A DNA stretch of 35,471 nucleotides, taken from assembly GCA_029938985.1 (NCBI GenBank), contig JAOZTW010000001.1:1-35471 (forward strand), in the 5' to 3' direction. The notes beneath the pieces are model-generated. The model searched no databases and was not told where the DNA came from. It worked only from the letters and a program-made list of their open reading frames with translations. The stretch comes from Bacteroidales bacterium. Lineage in GTDB: Bacteria; Bacteroidota; Bacteroidia; Bacteroidales; JAOZQN01. Both the position numbers and the translations under genes were made by a program. This document shows positions 16,373 to 24,317 of this stretch, one piece after another. The first letter of the stretch is position 1; each line of letters starts with the position of its first letter.

Positions 16373-17077
16373 TCATTTAACTATTGTTCCAATTTTTTCT
16401 CCCATAATAATTTTTTTAAGAGTTTCTTTATCACTCATTTTAAACACTATTATTGGTAAATTGTTTTCATAACAAAGTGTAAAAGCAGTTAAATCCATCA
16501 CTTTTAATTGTTTCTGCATTACCTCATTAAATGAAATTTCATCAAATTTTGTTGCATTTTTATCCTTTTTTGGGTCTGCTGTATATACTCCGTCCACATT
16601 TGTACCTTTCAACAACACATTTGCATTAATTTCTACTCCCCTTAGAGCCGCCCCTGAATCTGTGGAGAAAAAAGGATTTCCTGTTCCGCCTGCAAATATA
16701 ACAATTTCATTATTATTTAAAGCATTTTCTGCTCTATCTTTTGAATATCGTTCTGCAAAAGGCTCCATAAAAGTAGATGTTAAAACCCTTGCTTTTATAT
16801 TATTATCTATAAATTCAGACTGTAAAGCAATAGCATTAATTACAGTAGCAAGCATGCCCATATAGTCGCCTTTTAATCTATTAAAACCTTTTTTTGCTCC
16901 CTTTAAACCTCTAAAAATATTTCCCCCTCCAATTACAATTCCAATCTGAACTCCCATTTTAGAAATTTCAGAAATTTCATTAATAAAAACCGATAAAGTT
17001 TCATGGTCTATACCAAAGCCCTTACTTCCTCCTAATGCCTCACCACTCAATTTTAAAAGAATTCTTTTATATTTCAT
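16373..17077 (-). CDS. pyrH: UMP kinase
   Basis: 'YKRILLKLSGEAL', 'IVIGGGNIFRG' and 'VIFAGGTGNPFFSTDSGAALRG' are the characteristic PyrH motifs. Confidence 0.95.
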   Translation of the reverse strand: MKYKRILLKLSGEALGGSKGFGIDHETLSVFINEISEISKMGVQIGIVIGGGNIFRGLKGAKKGFNRLKGDYMGMLATVINAIALQSEFIDNNIKARVLTSTFMEPFAERYSKDRAENALNNNEIVIFAGGTGNPFFSTDSGAALRGVEINANVLLKGTNVDGVYTADPKKDKNATKFDEISFNEVMQKQLKVMDLTAFTLCYENNLPIIVFKMSDKETLKKIIMGEKIGTIVK

Positions 17078-17349
17078 ATTATTTTTTATTTTTACAAAAA
17101 TTTACTTAATTTTTTAGTAACTATGTAGATATTATTTGATTATTTGCATAAAAAAAATGAATTTAATAAAAATACTAATTACAATATTATATCATAAACT
17201 GTTAAATATCAGGATTATAATCCATTAAATTATTTAAATAACTAAATGTCAAAAATATATAAACACAATCAATTTATCAAAAAATACGTTTACACTTTAA
17301 TAAATTTTAAAATTTAATAATAATTGTTTATTTTTTTCAAAAAAAGTTT

Positions 17350-17357
17350 TAATTTTG
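17350..17357 (+). promoter_or_regulatory. TAnnTTTG -7 box candidate
   Basis: 'TAATTTTG' lies on the plus strand but 185 nt upstream of the ATG at 17542, so the assignment is weak. Confidence 0.2.
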
Positions 17358-17541
17358 CAACATTATTATTTTTTAAACAAAAGATAAGTATCTGTTAATT
17401 TAGAAATCAAGGAATTAAGAGTTTTCAAAATTCAAATTTTAATACCTTTCTTAAAATACCCTTAAAAAACCTTGAGCTTTTTTAAATTGAAATTATCTTA
17501 TACAAATTATTAAATCATTAATTAACTAAACTTTATTTATT

Positions 17542-18405
17542 ATGAAAAATTATTTATCAACATTGATTTTTATTCTGTTTTTTGTTGTAAGTGGCTATGC
17601 TCAAATAGACATGATTCAAGTAGATGGCACTAGTGCCGATGGATACACGATGGGAAATATCAATGCAGGAGTACAAGACGAAGGAAAAGAGCACCGGGTA
17701 GTTGTTGATGCATTTCAAATTGCATCTAAAGAAGTAACATTCCAAGAATTTGATTTGTTTTGCAATATGACAAGTTATCCAAAACCAAGCGATCAGGGTT
17801 TTTCAGATATTACGGGAGATGACAAAAAAAATGCTCAACTAAGAGATTCGTTACCAGTAATAAATGTAACTTGGATGGGGGCTGTAATGTATTGTAATTG
17901 GTTGAGTAAACAATATGATTACAAACAGTATTATATTATTGAATTAGATACATCGGGTGTGTTGGCGTTTAAAGGCATAAATCCAGACAATGATGGATTT
18001 AGATTACCAACAGAAGCAGAATGGGAATGGATGGCAAAAGGAGGAGCTACACCACCTCCACATTTTTCTTATGCAGGAAGTAACAATTTAGAAGAAGTAG
18101 CTTGGGTACAAAGTAATTCTAAAGCCAAAACTCAGCCAGTTGGCACAAAAAAACCAAACGAACTTCAAATTTACGACTTATTAGGAAATGCTCCAGAATG
18201 GTGTTACGACTATTATGGTGCAACTTACTACACTGCACAAGGAAATGGGAACAACCCCAAAGGACCATCTTCTGGAATAGCAAGAGTATATAGAGGTGGG
18301 AGTTTTAACTCACCTACCGCAGGATTTAGATATACTAAAAGATATAAATTATCTCAAACTGAAAGTATTGGTCCCATTGGTTTTAGAGTAGCAAGAAATA
18401 AATAA
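17542..18405 (+). CDS. Secreted FGE-sulfatase (SUMF1/GldK-like) fold protein, paralog 1
   Basis: The signal peptide is 'LIFILFFVVSGYAQ'. Family motifs are 'RLPTEAEWEWMAKGG', 'GNAPEWCYDYY', 'RVYRGGSF' and 'IGFRVARN'. Confidence 0.85.
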   Translation: MKNYLSTLIFILFFVVSGYAQIDMIQVDGTSADGYTMGNINAGVQDEGKEHRVVVDAFQIASKEVTFQEFDLFCNMTSYPKPSDQGFSDITGDDKKNAQLRDSLPVINVTWMGAVMYCNWLSKQYDYKQYYIIELDTSGVLAFKGINPDNDGFRLPTEAEWEWMAKGGATPPPHFSYAGSNNLEEVAWVQSNSKAKTQPVGTKKPNELQIYDLLGNAPEWCYDYYGATYYTAQGNGNNPKGPSSGIARVYRGGSFNSPTAGFRYTKRYKLSQTESIGPIGFRVARNK

Positions 18406-18446
18406 TTTAGTTTTTGAATATTAACAAATGATTTCAAATAAATATA

Positions 18447-18487
18447 AAATCCTTTAAGAGTTGTAAAACGAGCTTAAAGGATTTTTT
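18447..18487 (+). terminator. Rho-independent terminator
   Basis: A 12-bp perfect stem pairs 'aaatcctttaag' (18447-18458) with 'cttaaaggattt' (18473-18484) around a 14-nt loop. It runs into a T6 tract. Confidence 0.7.
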
Positions 18488-18744
18488 AGATTATAATTAA
18501 GAGGAAATGAAATAATAAAGTAAGTCCAAAATACACAGTTTTTTTGTTTTTTTAATAATTTAACAATCTGCAAATAGCGAGATATTTAATGACTTTTTTA
18601 AAATTAAAAAAAAACAAGTAGATTGGTGATGAGTAGTTGACCATAAATAAACGACACTTTTTAAGGTCAATTTTAGCATTATGCTTCGTTATAAAAGATT
18701 ACCTACTTAACTTTTTTTCTTGTTCACTAAAATACATAAATAAA

Positions 18745-19611
18745 ATGAAAAATTCGATATTTATATTATTTTTAATATTTTCAATAGTAACAAATAGTTA
18801 TTCACAAAACCCCAAAATGGTATTAGTTGCAGGAACTGGCACAGAGGGTTACACAATGGGAAATATATATTCAAAAACTCCTGACGAAGGGCATGAACAC
18901 ACAGTTGTCTTAGATGCTTTTTATGCAGGTAAGTTTGAGGTAACTTTTAAGGAATTTGATTTTTTTTGTAAATCTACAGGTTTTCCAATTCCCTCAGATC
19001 AGGGTTTTGCAAGCGAAACATCAAATAAGGAAATTAACAAAAAAATAAGAGATTCACTCCCAGTAATTAATGTAACCTGGATTGGAGCTATTATGTATTG
19101 TAATTGGCTTAGTAAAATTGATAACTTAGACCAATATTATATCACAGAATTAGATACAATTGGTAATTTTAGTTTCAAAGGAATAAAAGCAGAGAACAAC
19201 GGCTACCGACTACCAACAGAAGCCGAATGGGAGTGGATGGCAAATGGTGGTGCAAAAAAGAAAGGTTATGCGTTTTCGGGAAGTAACAATATATACGAAA
19301 TTGCTTGGATAAAAGAAAATTCTGATGCTAAAACACATAAAATAGGTACTAAAAAAGCTAACGAACTTGGAATTTATGACTTAAATGGGAACGCCCCAGA
19401 ATGGTGTTATGATTATTATTCAAAAAGCTATTACGCAAGCAATAAAAATAAGGATAATCCCAAAGGTCCAAACAATGGTTCATCAAGAGTTTATAGAGGT
19501 GGGAATTTCAATACTCCAAAACAAAACTACAGGATAACAAGAAGATACAAGTTAACACAAAGCGAAAATATTGGTCCAATTGGTTTCAGACTTGTTAAAA
19601 ATAAGAATTAA
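18745..19611 (+). CDS. Secreted FGE-sulfatase fold protein, paralog 2 (tandem duplicate)
   Basis: It is colinear with paralog 1: 'RLPTEAEWEWMANGG', 'GNAPEWCYDYY', 'RVYRGGNF', 'IGFRLVKN'. I moved the start from the ORF-track TTG at 18637 to the ATG at 18745, which gives signal peptide 'MKNSIFILFLIFSIVTNSYSQ'. Confidence 0.85.
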   Translation: MKNSIFILFLIFSIVTNSYSQNPKMVLVAGTGTEGYTMGNIYSKTPDEGHEHTVVLDAFYAGKFEVTFKEFDFFCKSTGFPIPSDQGFASETSNKEINKKIRDSLPVINVTWIGAIMYCNWLSKIDNLDQYYITELDTIGNFSFKGIKAENNGYRLPTEAEWEWMANGGAKKKGYAFSGSNNIYEIAWIKENSDAKTHKIGTKKANELGIYDLNGNAPEWCYDYYSKSYYASNKNKDNPKGPNNGSSRVYRGGNFNTPKQNYRITRRYKLTQSENIGPIGFRLVKNKN

Positions 19612-19657
19612 CCCACGTTATTCATAAATTTTCGTTATGAAAAGCCTAAAAAATAAG

Positions 19658-19701
19658 CTCTGCGAATTAGACACATTAAATTCGTAGAGATTACTTTTTT
19701 T
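19658..19701 (+). terminator. Rho-independent terminator
   Basis: An 11-bp stem pairs 'ctctgcgaatt' (19658-19668) with 'aattcgtagag' (19679-19689), including one G-U pair. A T7 tract follows at 19695-19701. Confidence 0.6.
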
Positions 19702-19740
19702 ATTTTACAAACCATTAAAGTCTTGATTTTAGTTCTTTGT

Positions 19741-19843
19741 TTAGTACCCATACAAAAGTTTTTACACAATTGTATTTATTTAATCTGTTGGTTTATAAGC
19801 ACACTATTGTATCATTGAACCATTGAATAATTGTATAATTCCT
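19741..19843 (-). repeat. Dispersed repeat family R2, copy a, abutting the nadA stop codon
   Basis: The reverse complement 'aggaattatacaattattcaatggttcaatgatacaat...ttataaaccaacagattaaa...gtgtaaaaacttttgtatgggtact' aligns with 24020..24122. Confidence 0.8.
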
Positions 19844-20826
19844 TACTTACCCATCTCCAACATTCGTTCAATTGGTTTTTTGGCTTTTCTAATTAATTCA
19901 TCTTCTAAAATTACCTCAGGTTGTTCAAATTTTAAAGCATTATAAACTTTTTTTATTGTATGTTTTTTCATGTTTCTGCAAATACTCATTAGCATGTGAG
20001 GATTTTTTGGTGGCAATGGAATGTAAATCTTATCTGGATTTGCTTCTTTCATCTTATGTATTATGCCTGGTTCTGTTGCAATTATAAATTTATTATTACT
20101 ACTTTCTTTTGTAAAATTCAAAATTTTTGCGGTTGACCCAATAACATCTGCATAAGACAAAACTTCCTTGTTACATTCAGGATGTGCTAAAACAATTGCA
20201 TCATCATGTTCTTTTTTTAGTGTTTTAAGCCGTTCTGCGGAGAAGTTTTCATGAACAATACATAAACCATCCCAAAGCACCATTTCTCTACCTGTAATGC
20301 TATTTATATAGCCTCCTAAATTTTTATCTGGACCAAACACAATTTTTTGTTCTCTTGGCAAACTATCAATAATTTCTTTTGCATTTGAAGAAGTACAAGT
20401 TATATCACTAAGAGCTTTAATATCTGCAGTTGTATTTACGTAAGTTACAACAACATGGTCAGGATAATCTTTCAAAAATTCTTCAAAAGCTTCAGCTGGC
20501 ATAGAATCGGCCATTGGACAACCCGACTTTAAATCTGGAATAATTATTTTTTTGTGTGGAGATAATATTTTTGCAGTTTCTGCCATAAAATGTACACCTG
20601 CGAAAACAATAATATCTGCATCTGTATTTGCTGCCTGTTGCGAAAGCCCCAAACTATCGCCAACATAATCTGCAACATCTTGAATTTTACTATCTACATA
20701 ATAATGTGCCAGTATTATTGCATTTTTTTCTTTGCACATTTTTCTTATTTCGGTATGTAAATCTATTTTTTTATCAATTTCCCAATCAATAAAACCTTTT
20801 TTTTGTATTTCTTTGTTGTTATACAT
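19843..20826 (-). CDS. nadA: Quinolinate synthase
   Basis: 'ILAHYYVDSKIQDVADYVGDSL', 'VFAGVHFMAETAKIL' and 'LAHPEC' are characteristic NadA motifs. Confidence 0.93.
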   Translation of the reverse strand: MYNNKEIQKKGFIDWEIDKKIDLHTEIRKMCKEKNAIILAHYYVDSKIQDVADYVGDSLGLSQQAANTDADIIVFAGVHFMAETAKILSPHKKIIIPDLKSGCPMADSMPAEAFEEFLKDYPDHVVVTYVNTTADIKALSDITCTSSNAKEIIDSLPREQKIVFGPDKNLGGYINSITGREMVLWDGLCIVHENFSAERLKTLKKEHDDAIVLAHPECNKEVLSYADVIGSTAKILNFTKESSNNKFIIATEPGIIHKMKEANPDKIYIPLPPKNPHMLMSICRNMKKHTIKKVYNALKFEQPEVILEDELIRKAKKPIERMLEMGK

Positions 20827-20905
20827 TTTCTTATTATTATTATTAATTAATTTATAAATTATATAATGTTTATAATAGGCTGTTAGTACTGTTGAAAAAT
20901 AAATT

Positions 20906-20913
20906 CAAATATA
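20906..20913 (-). promoter_or_regulatory. TAnnTTTG -7 box candidate for nadA
   Basis: The minus strand reads 'TATATTTG', 80 nt upstream of the nadA ATG. Confidence 0.25.
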
Positions 20914-21002
20914 TTTTTATTTTAGATTATTAAAAAAATGAGTAGCTTTACTAACAGTTTTATTTTTTATTTACTTTCTTAAATTAAGTTAATTAGCTTA
21001 GT

Positions 21003-21173
21003 TTATCAACAACTGTTAATAAGTGGAGTTGTTGATAAGTTTTATTACAAATACATTATTTTTTTTGTGAACAAACTGAGTATTTTTTATTGAAAACTAT
21101 TAATAACTTTGTGTTTTTTGTTAGTTATGCACAAAAACGGTTTTTATTGCATGTTTATTCTTTTTTATTCACA
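21003..21173. promoter_or_regulatory. Cluster of DnaA-box-like 9-mers; either an oriC-like region or DnaA-regulated promoters
   Basis: 'ttatgcaca' (21125-21133) and 'ttattcaca' (21165-21173) match TTATNCACA exactly. 'ttatcaaca' occurs at 21003-21011 and inverted at 21030-21038, and the minus strand of 21066-21074 reads 'ttgttcaca'. These three each have one mismatch. All lie in a 600-bp AT-rich divergent spacer. Confidence 0.35.
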
Positions 21174-21348
21174 AAAAGTTTTTACAAATTGTTAATAAGT
21201 TGTATTCTATTTAAGTTGTTATATATATGTTTATTACGTGTTTTTTTCAAGTTTTAAAAATACAATTGTAAAGATTTTGAATGAATTAACATGTTAATAA
21301 CTTTAAAATATTTATACAATAGATATTTATGGTTTAATAAAATAATAT

Positions 21349-21356
21349 TAGTTTTG
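21349..21356 (+). promoter_or_regulatory. TAnnTTTG -7 box candidate for rpiB
   Basis: 'TAGTTTTG' lies 79 nt upstream of the ATG at 21435. Confidence 0.25.
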
Positions 21357-21434
21357 TAAAATAAATAACAAATTTATAAATTTTGTAATATAAAACAACA
21401 ATTAAATGTTAATAATCTTATAATAAAAAATAAA

Positions 21435-21881
21435 ATGAAAAATAAAATTGCTTTTGCCTGCGACCATGCAGGTGTAGATTTGAAAAATGAGTTAATTAAA
21501 TATTTAGAAAAATCTGAGTATTCTATTACAGATTTTGGTACTCATACAACAGATAGTGCAGATTATCCTGATTTTGCCCATCCAATGGCTAAGGCGGTAG
21601 AAAACAATGAATTTATTTACGGAATTTCTATTTGTGGGAGTGGAAACGGAATTAATATGACAGTAAATAAATATTCAGGAATTCGTTCGGCATTATGCTG
21701 GAACACTGAAATTTCTGAACTTGCTCGTTTGCATAACAATGCTAATATTTGTTCTCTTCCTGCAAGATTTATTAGTGTTGAATTGGCAAAAAAAATTGTT
21801 GATATTTTTTTTAAAACAGATTTTGAAGGTGGTCGTCATCAAAGGCGAATAGATAAAATAAGTAAGGGTAAAATTTGTTAA
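21435..21881 (+). CDS. rpiB: Ribose-5-phosphate isomerase B
   Basis: 'KIAFACDHAGVDLKNELIKYL', 'ICGSGNGINMTVNK' and 'ARLHNNANI' identify the RpiB/LacAB family. Confidence 0.92.
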   Translation: MKNKIAFACDHAGVDLKNELIKYLEKSEYSITDFGTHTTDSADYPDFAHPMAKAVENNEFIYGISICGSGNGINMTVNKYSGIRSALCWNTEISELARLHNNANICSLPARFISVELAKKIVDIFFKTDFEGGRHQRRIDKISKGKIC

Positions 21882-21918
21882 TAAAGATTGAAATATATGC
21901 TATATATTTTCTAATTTA

Positions 21919-21949
21919 CTTTTCAAAAACACAGCTTGTTTTTGAAAAG
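21919..21949 (+). terminator. Hairpin downstream of rpiB; possible terminator
   Basis: A 13-bp perfect A/T-rich stem pairs 'cttttcaaaaaca' (21919-21931) with 'tgtttttgaaaag' (21937-21949). The trailing T-run is only 2 nt. Confidence 0.4.
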
Positions 21950-22015
21950 TTCATGAATAAAAATCATGTAATAAATATTAATTTAAGAATTATATTTTTT
22001 TTAAAATAGTTTTTT

Positions 22016-22023
22016 TAATTTTG
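22016..22023 (+). promoter_or_regulatory. TAnnTTTG -7 box candidate for the Rrf2 regulator gene
   Basis: 'TAATTTTG' lies 30 nt upstream of the ATG at 22053. Confidence 0.35.
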
Positions 22024-22052
22024 TAGCAATATTAACTACAATAAATCACTGT

Positions 22053-22493
22053 ATGATGTTATCAAGTACCTGTAAATATGCAATTAGAGCAATAATTTAT
22101 CTTGGATTAAATAATAAGGAGGGTGAAAGAATAGGAATAAAAGTAATAGCCGAAGATTTAAACATGCCTTCACCATTTTTAGGGAAAATAATGCAGACTC
22201 TCGCAAAAAACAAAGTATTAACTTCAACCAAAGGACCTCATGGTGGTTTTGCTCTGTACAAAAAACCTGAAGATATTTCAGTGCTGAGTATTATAGATAT
22301 ATTTGATGGATTGGATTTGTTTGACGAATGTGTTATTGGTTTAAAGATATGTGAAAAAAAACCTGAATATAAAAATAAGTGTGTTTTTGGTAAAAAAGTT
22401 GACCCATTAATAAATTCTTTTAAATCAGAGTTTGAAAACCAAACACTTGCTAATTTTATGAATGATTATAAAGAAGTTGGACATTTTATATAG
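22053..22493 (+). CDS. Rrf2-family transcriptional regulator
   Basis: 'STCKYAIRAIIYLG' and the wHTH segment 'IAEDLNMPSPFLGKIMQTLAKNKVLTSTKGPHGGF' are typical of Rrf2 proteins. Confidence 0.88.
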   Translation: MMLSSTCKYAIRAIIYLGLNNKEGERIGIKVIAEDLNMPSPFLGKIMQTLAKNKVLTSTKGPHGGFALYKKPEDISVLSIIDIFDGLDLFDECVIGLKICEKKPEYKNKCVFGKKVDPLINSFKSEFENQTLANFMNDYKEVGHFI

Positions 22494-22547
22494 AAATTCA
22501 GTGAAAATACAGTTGAAATTCAATGGAAAATACTGTTGAAACTAATG
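22493..22547 (+). repeat. Second GAAATTCA-word array, related to 16229..16372
   Basis: 'gaaattcagt gaaaatacagtt gaaattcaatg gaaaatactgtt gaaactaatg' starts inside the Rrf2 stop codon. Confidence 0.6.
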
Positions 22548-22596
22548 ATATATAAAACTAAAAATTGTCGTAAGCGAAAATAATTTCTATTGTATT

Positions 22597-22947
22597 TCAA
22601 TTGAATTTCTTTTTAATAAAACATACAATTATTCCAACTGTTGCTCCAATGGTGTCTGCAATAAGGTCAATTATATCTCCACTTCTTGAACTAATCAGAT
22701 AGTGTTGTTCTATTTCGATAAACAAACCTAATGCAAAGGAAAATATGAAAATATAAACAATATTTTTATTTTCAAAACAAAATAATAGAGCCAAGAAAAA
22801 AAATATACCAAAATGCAATATTTTATCAAAATGAGGAATATTGATAATACTCGTTCTGGGAAGATTACTACTTGGTAAAGAACAAAATATAAGTATAATA
22901 ATAGTCCAAATAGATGATTTCCAATTTTTTTTTAATAAAAGAAACAT
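22597..22947 (-). CDS. VanZ-like family membrane protein
   Basis: It is a four-TM small protein with 'DKILHFGIFFFLALLF' and 'DIIDLIADTIGATVGI'. Confidence 0.75.
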   Translation of the reverse strand: MFLLLKKNWKSSIWTIIILIFCSLPSSNLPRTSIINIPHFDKILHFGIFFFLALLFCFENKNIVYIFIFSFALGLFIEIEQHYLISSRSGDIIDLIADTIGATVGIIVCFIKKKFN

Positions 22948-22999
22948 TTATAATTACCAATTAGTTAATTTTTGTAAATATTTTTATAAATAACAGTAG

Positions 23000-23026
23000 T
23001 TTAAGGTGTAAACCAATTCCTAATTC
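23000..23026 (-). repeat. Conserved 3'-flank motif, copy 1: (ATTAGGA)n then ATTGGTTTACACCTTAAA
   Basis: The minus strand reads 'gaattaggaattggtttacaccttaaa' immediately after the TAG stop of the 23027 gene. Confidence 0.7.
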
Positions 23027-23914
23027 CTAATGGTGAAACACGTCGCTCTCATCGTACACACCTTTTTGAAACAATTGTGAGTGATCGTTGTTTTTTGGAC
23101 GAAACATAAAAGTAAAATCTAAAAGTGCTGTATATGAAACATTTGTTGTTGGATAGTTTGCATATGCAACTTTATATCCCACAGCCATTCTAATACGCTC
23201 TTGTTTGCCCATTAGCCAGTATAACAGACCCTTATGTTCCATTGCCCAGTAATCTGTATTATTTCCTATAGAAAAAATATCAACATCAATAGTATAATTT
23301 AACCATGGAAATAGTTTAGCATCTAAATCTAAACCAAAATACCATAATAATTTTTTGTGATAAATAGACGACTCTCTATAATACAACGAGTTTTCAAAGT
23401 AGGGTAGGGTAGTCTCTCCTGTACGAAGAGCTAACTTATTTCCTATTTTAAAAGTGAGTAAAAAATTCTTCTCCGAACATGTTTTTCTTCTTTTTATTAT
23501 TACAGTTAATAAAAGTTCGTTTCGGAAAGCAAAAAACGAAGGAATTATTGCATCAGATGGTATTAATCCATTTCTTAAACCCTTGTTTCTAAAATATTTT
23601 AAAGCCCATGTAGGATAATTTACACCATGTATGCTACCGATAAGAAAATTTCTGCTTTTCAAATAGTTTTTGTGTTTTTGTCCTTTGTGGTAATACCAGG
23701 TTACTTTTGCATTTAATTGTGGTAATTTGAACCAAAATAATGGTTTGCCTTGCAGTTCTAAATAACTTGTTAATCCATATTTTGTGAAATAAAAAAGACT
23801 AAAATCTATTTCTCCTTTGGGAATAGTGCGAGCAGTACCAACAGTCCATATTGGAGTTTGAGAAAAAGTTATTGTACTAACAAATAGTAATGTTATTATT
23901 AAAATTTTTTTCAT
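23027..23914 (-). CDS. Hypothetical outer-membrane (beta-barrel-like) protein
   Basis: The signal peptide 'MKKILIITLLFVSTITFSQ' follows from the ATG at 23914. The alternating aromatic/hydrophobic pattern suggests beta strands. The ORF-track start at 23986 would make the A14 tract coding. Confidence 0.5.
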   Translation of the reverse strand: MKKILIITLLFVSTITFSQTPIWTVGTARTIPKGEIDFSLFYFTKYGLTSYLELQGKPLFWFKLPQLNAKVTWYYHKGQKHKNYLKSRNFLIGSIHGVNYPTWALKYFRNKGLRNGLIPSDAIIPSFFAFRNELLLTVIIKRRKTCSEKNFLLTFKIGNKLALRTGETTLPYFENSLYYRESSIYHKKLLWYFGLDLDAKLFPWLNYTIDVDIFSIGNNTDYWAMEHKGLLYWLMGKQERIRMAVGYKVAYANYPTTNVSYTALLDFTFMFRPKNNDHSQLFQKGVYDESDVFHH

Positions 23915-23946
23915 AAAAATTGAAAATATTTTGTTTGGTTTGTAAC

Positions 23947-23960
23947 TTTTTTTTTTTTTT
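23947..23960 (-). repeat. Homopolymeric A14 tract (T14 on the plus strand) 33-46 nt upstream of the OMP start codon
   Basis: I counted the run directly. It is the longest homopolymer I saw in the window. Confidence 0.9.
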
Positions 23961-24019
23961 CCTAAAAATAGGTTTAGAGAAAACAAAAAAGTAGTGTATT
24001 AAAACTTAATTATCTAAAT

Positions 24020-24216
24020 AAGGAATGATACAATTATTCAATGGTTCAATGATACAATTATAAGATTATAAACCAAAAGATTAAAACAATATAAATGTGT
24101 AAAAACTTTTGTATGGGTACTTAGCATGACAAGTGCAAATTTGAAATTTTTTATAACAAAAAGTTTATTATGCAGAAAAAACATAACTTTAAGTACTTAA
24201 GGTTAAATACAGTAGC
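24020..24216 (+). repeat. Composite repeat: R2 copy b (24020..24122) fused to a partial R1 copy c (24125..24216)
   Basis: 24020-24122 aligns with the reverse complement of 19741-19843. 24125-24216 ('catgacaagtgcaaatttgaa...cataactttaagtacttaaggttaaatacagtagc') aligns with 33308-33402. Confidence 0.75.
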
Positions 24217-24269
24217 TTGGTATTACTTACTTTTTTTCACTTTTTAAAAAAAATTGTAAATAATTGTAT

Positions 24270-24317
24270 TTTAAGGTGTAAACCATTTTCTAATTCTTAA
24301 TTCCTAATTCTTAATTT
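24270..24317 (-). repeat. Conserved 3'-flank motif, copy 2, with an expanded 7-bp repeat
   Basis: The minus strand after the TAA stop reads 'aaattaagaattaggaattaagaattagaaaatggtttacaccttaaa'. Confidence 0.7.

Noticed and set aside
17078-17541. 465-bp pyrH/FGE divergent spacer examined for a riboswitch or sRNA
   Set aside because: Only short 5-bp complementarities are present and there is no recognisable conserved riboswitch core. I cannot support a call from sequence alone.
18637-18744. TTG-initiated N-terminal extension of FGE paralog 2
   Set aside because: The ATG at 18745 yields a signal peptide that matches paralog 1. The extension has no counterpart in the paralog.
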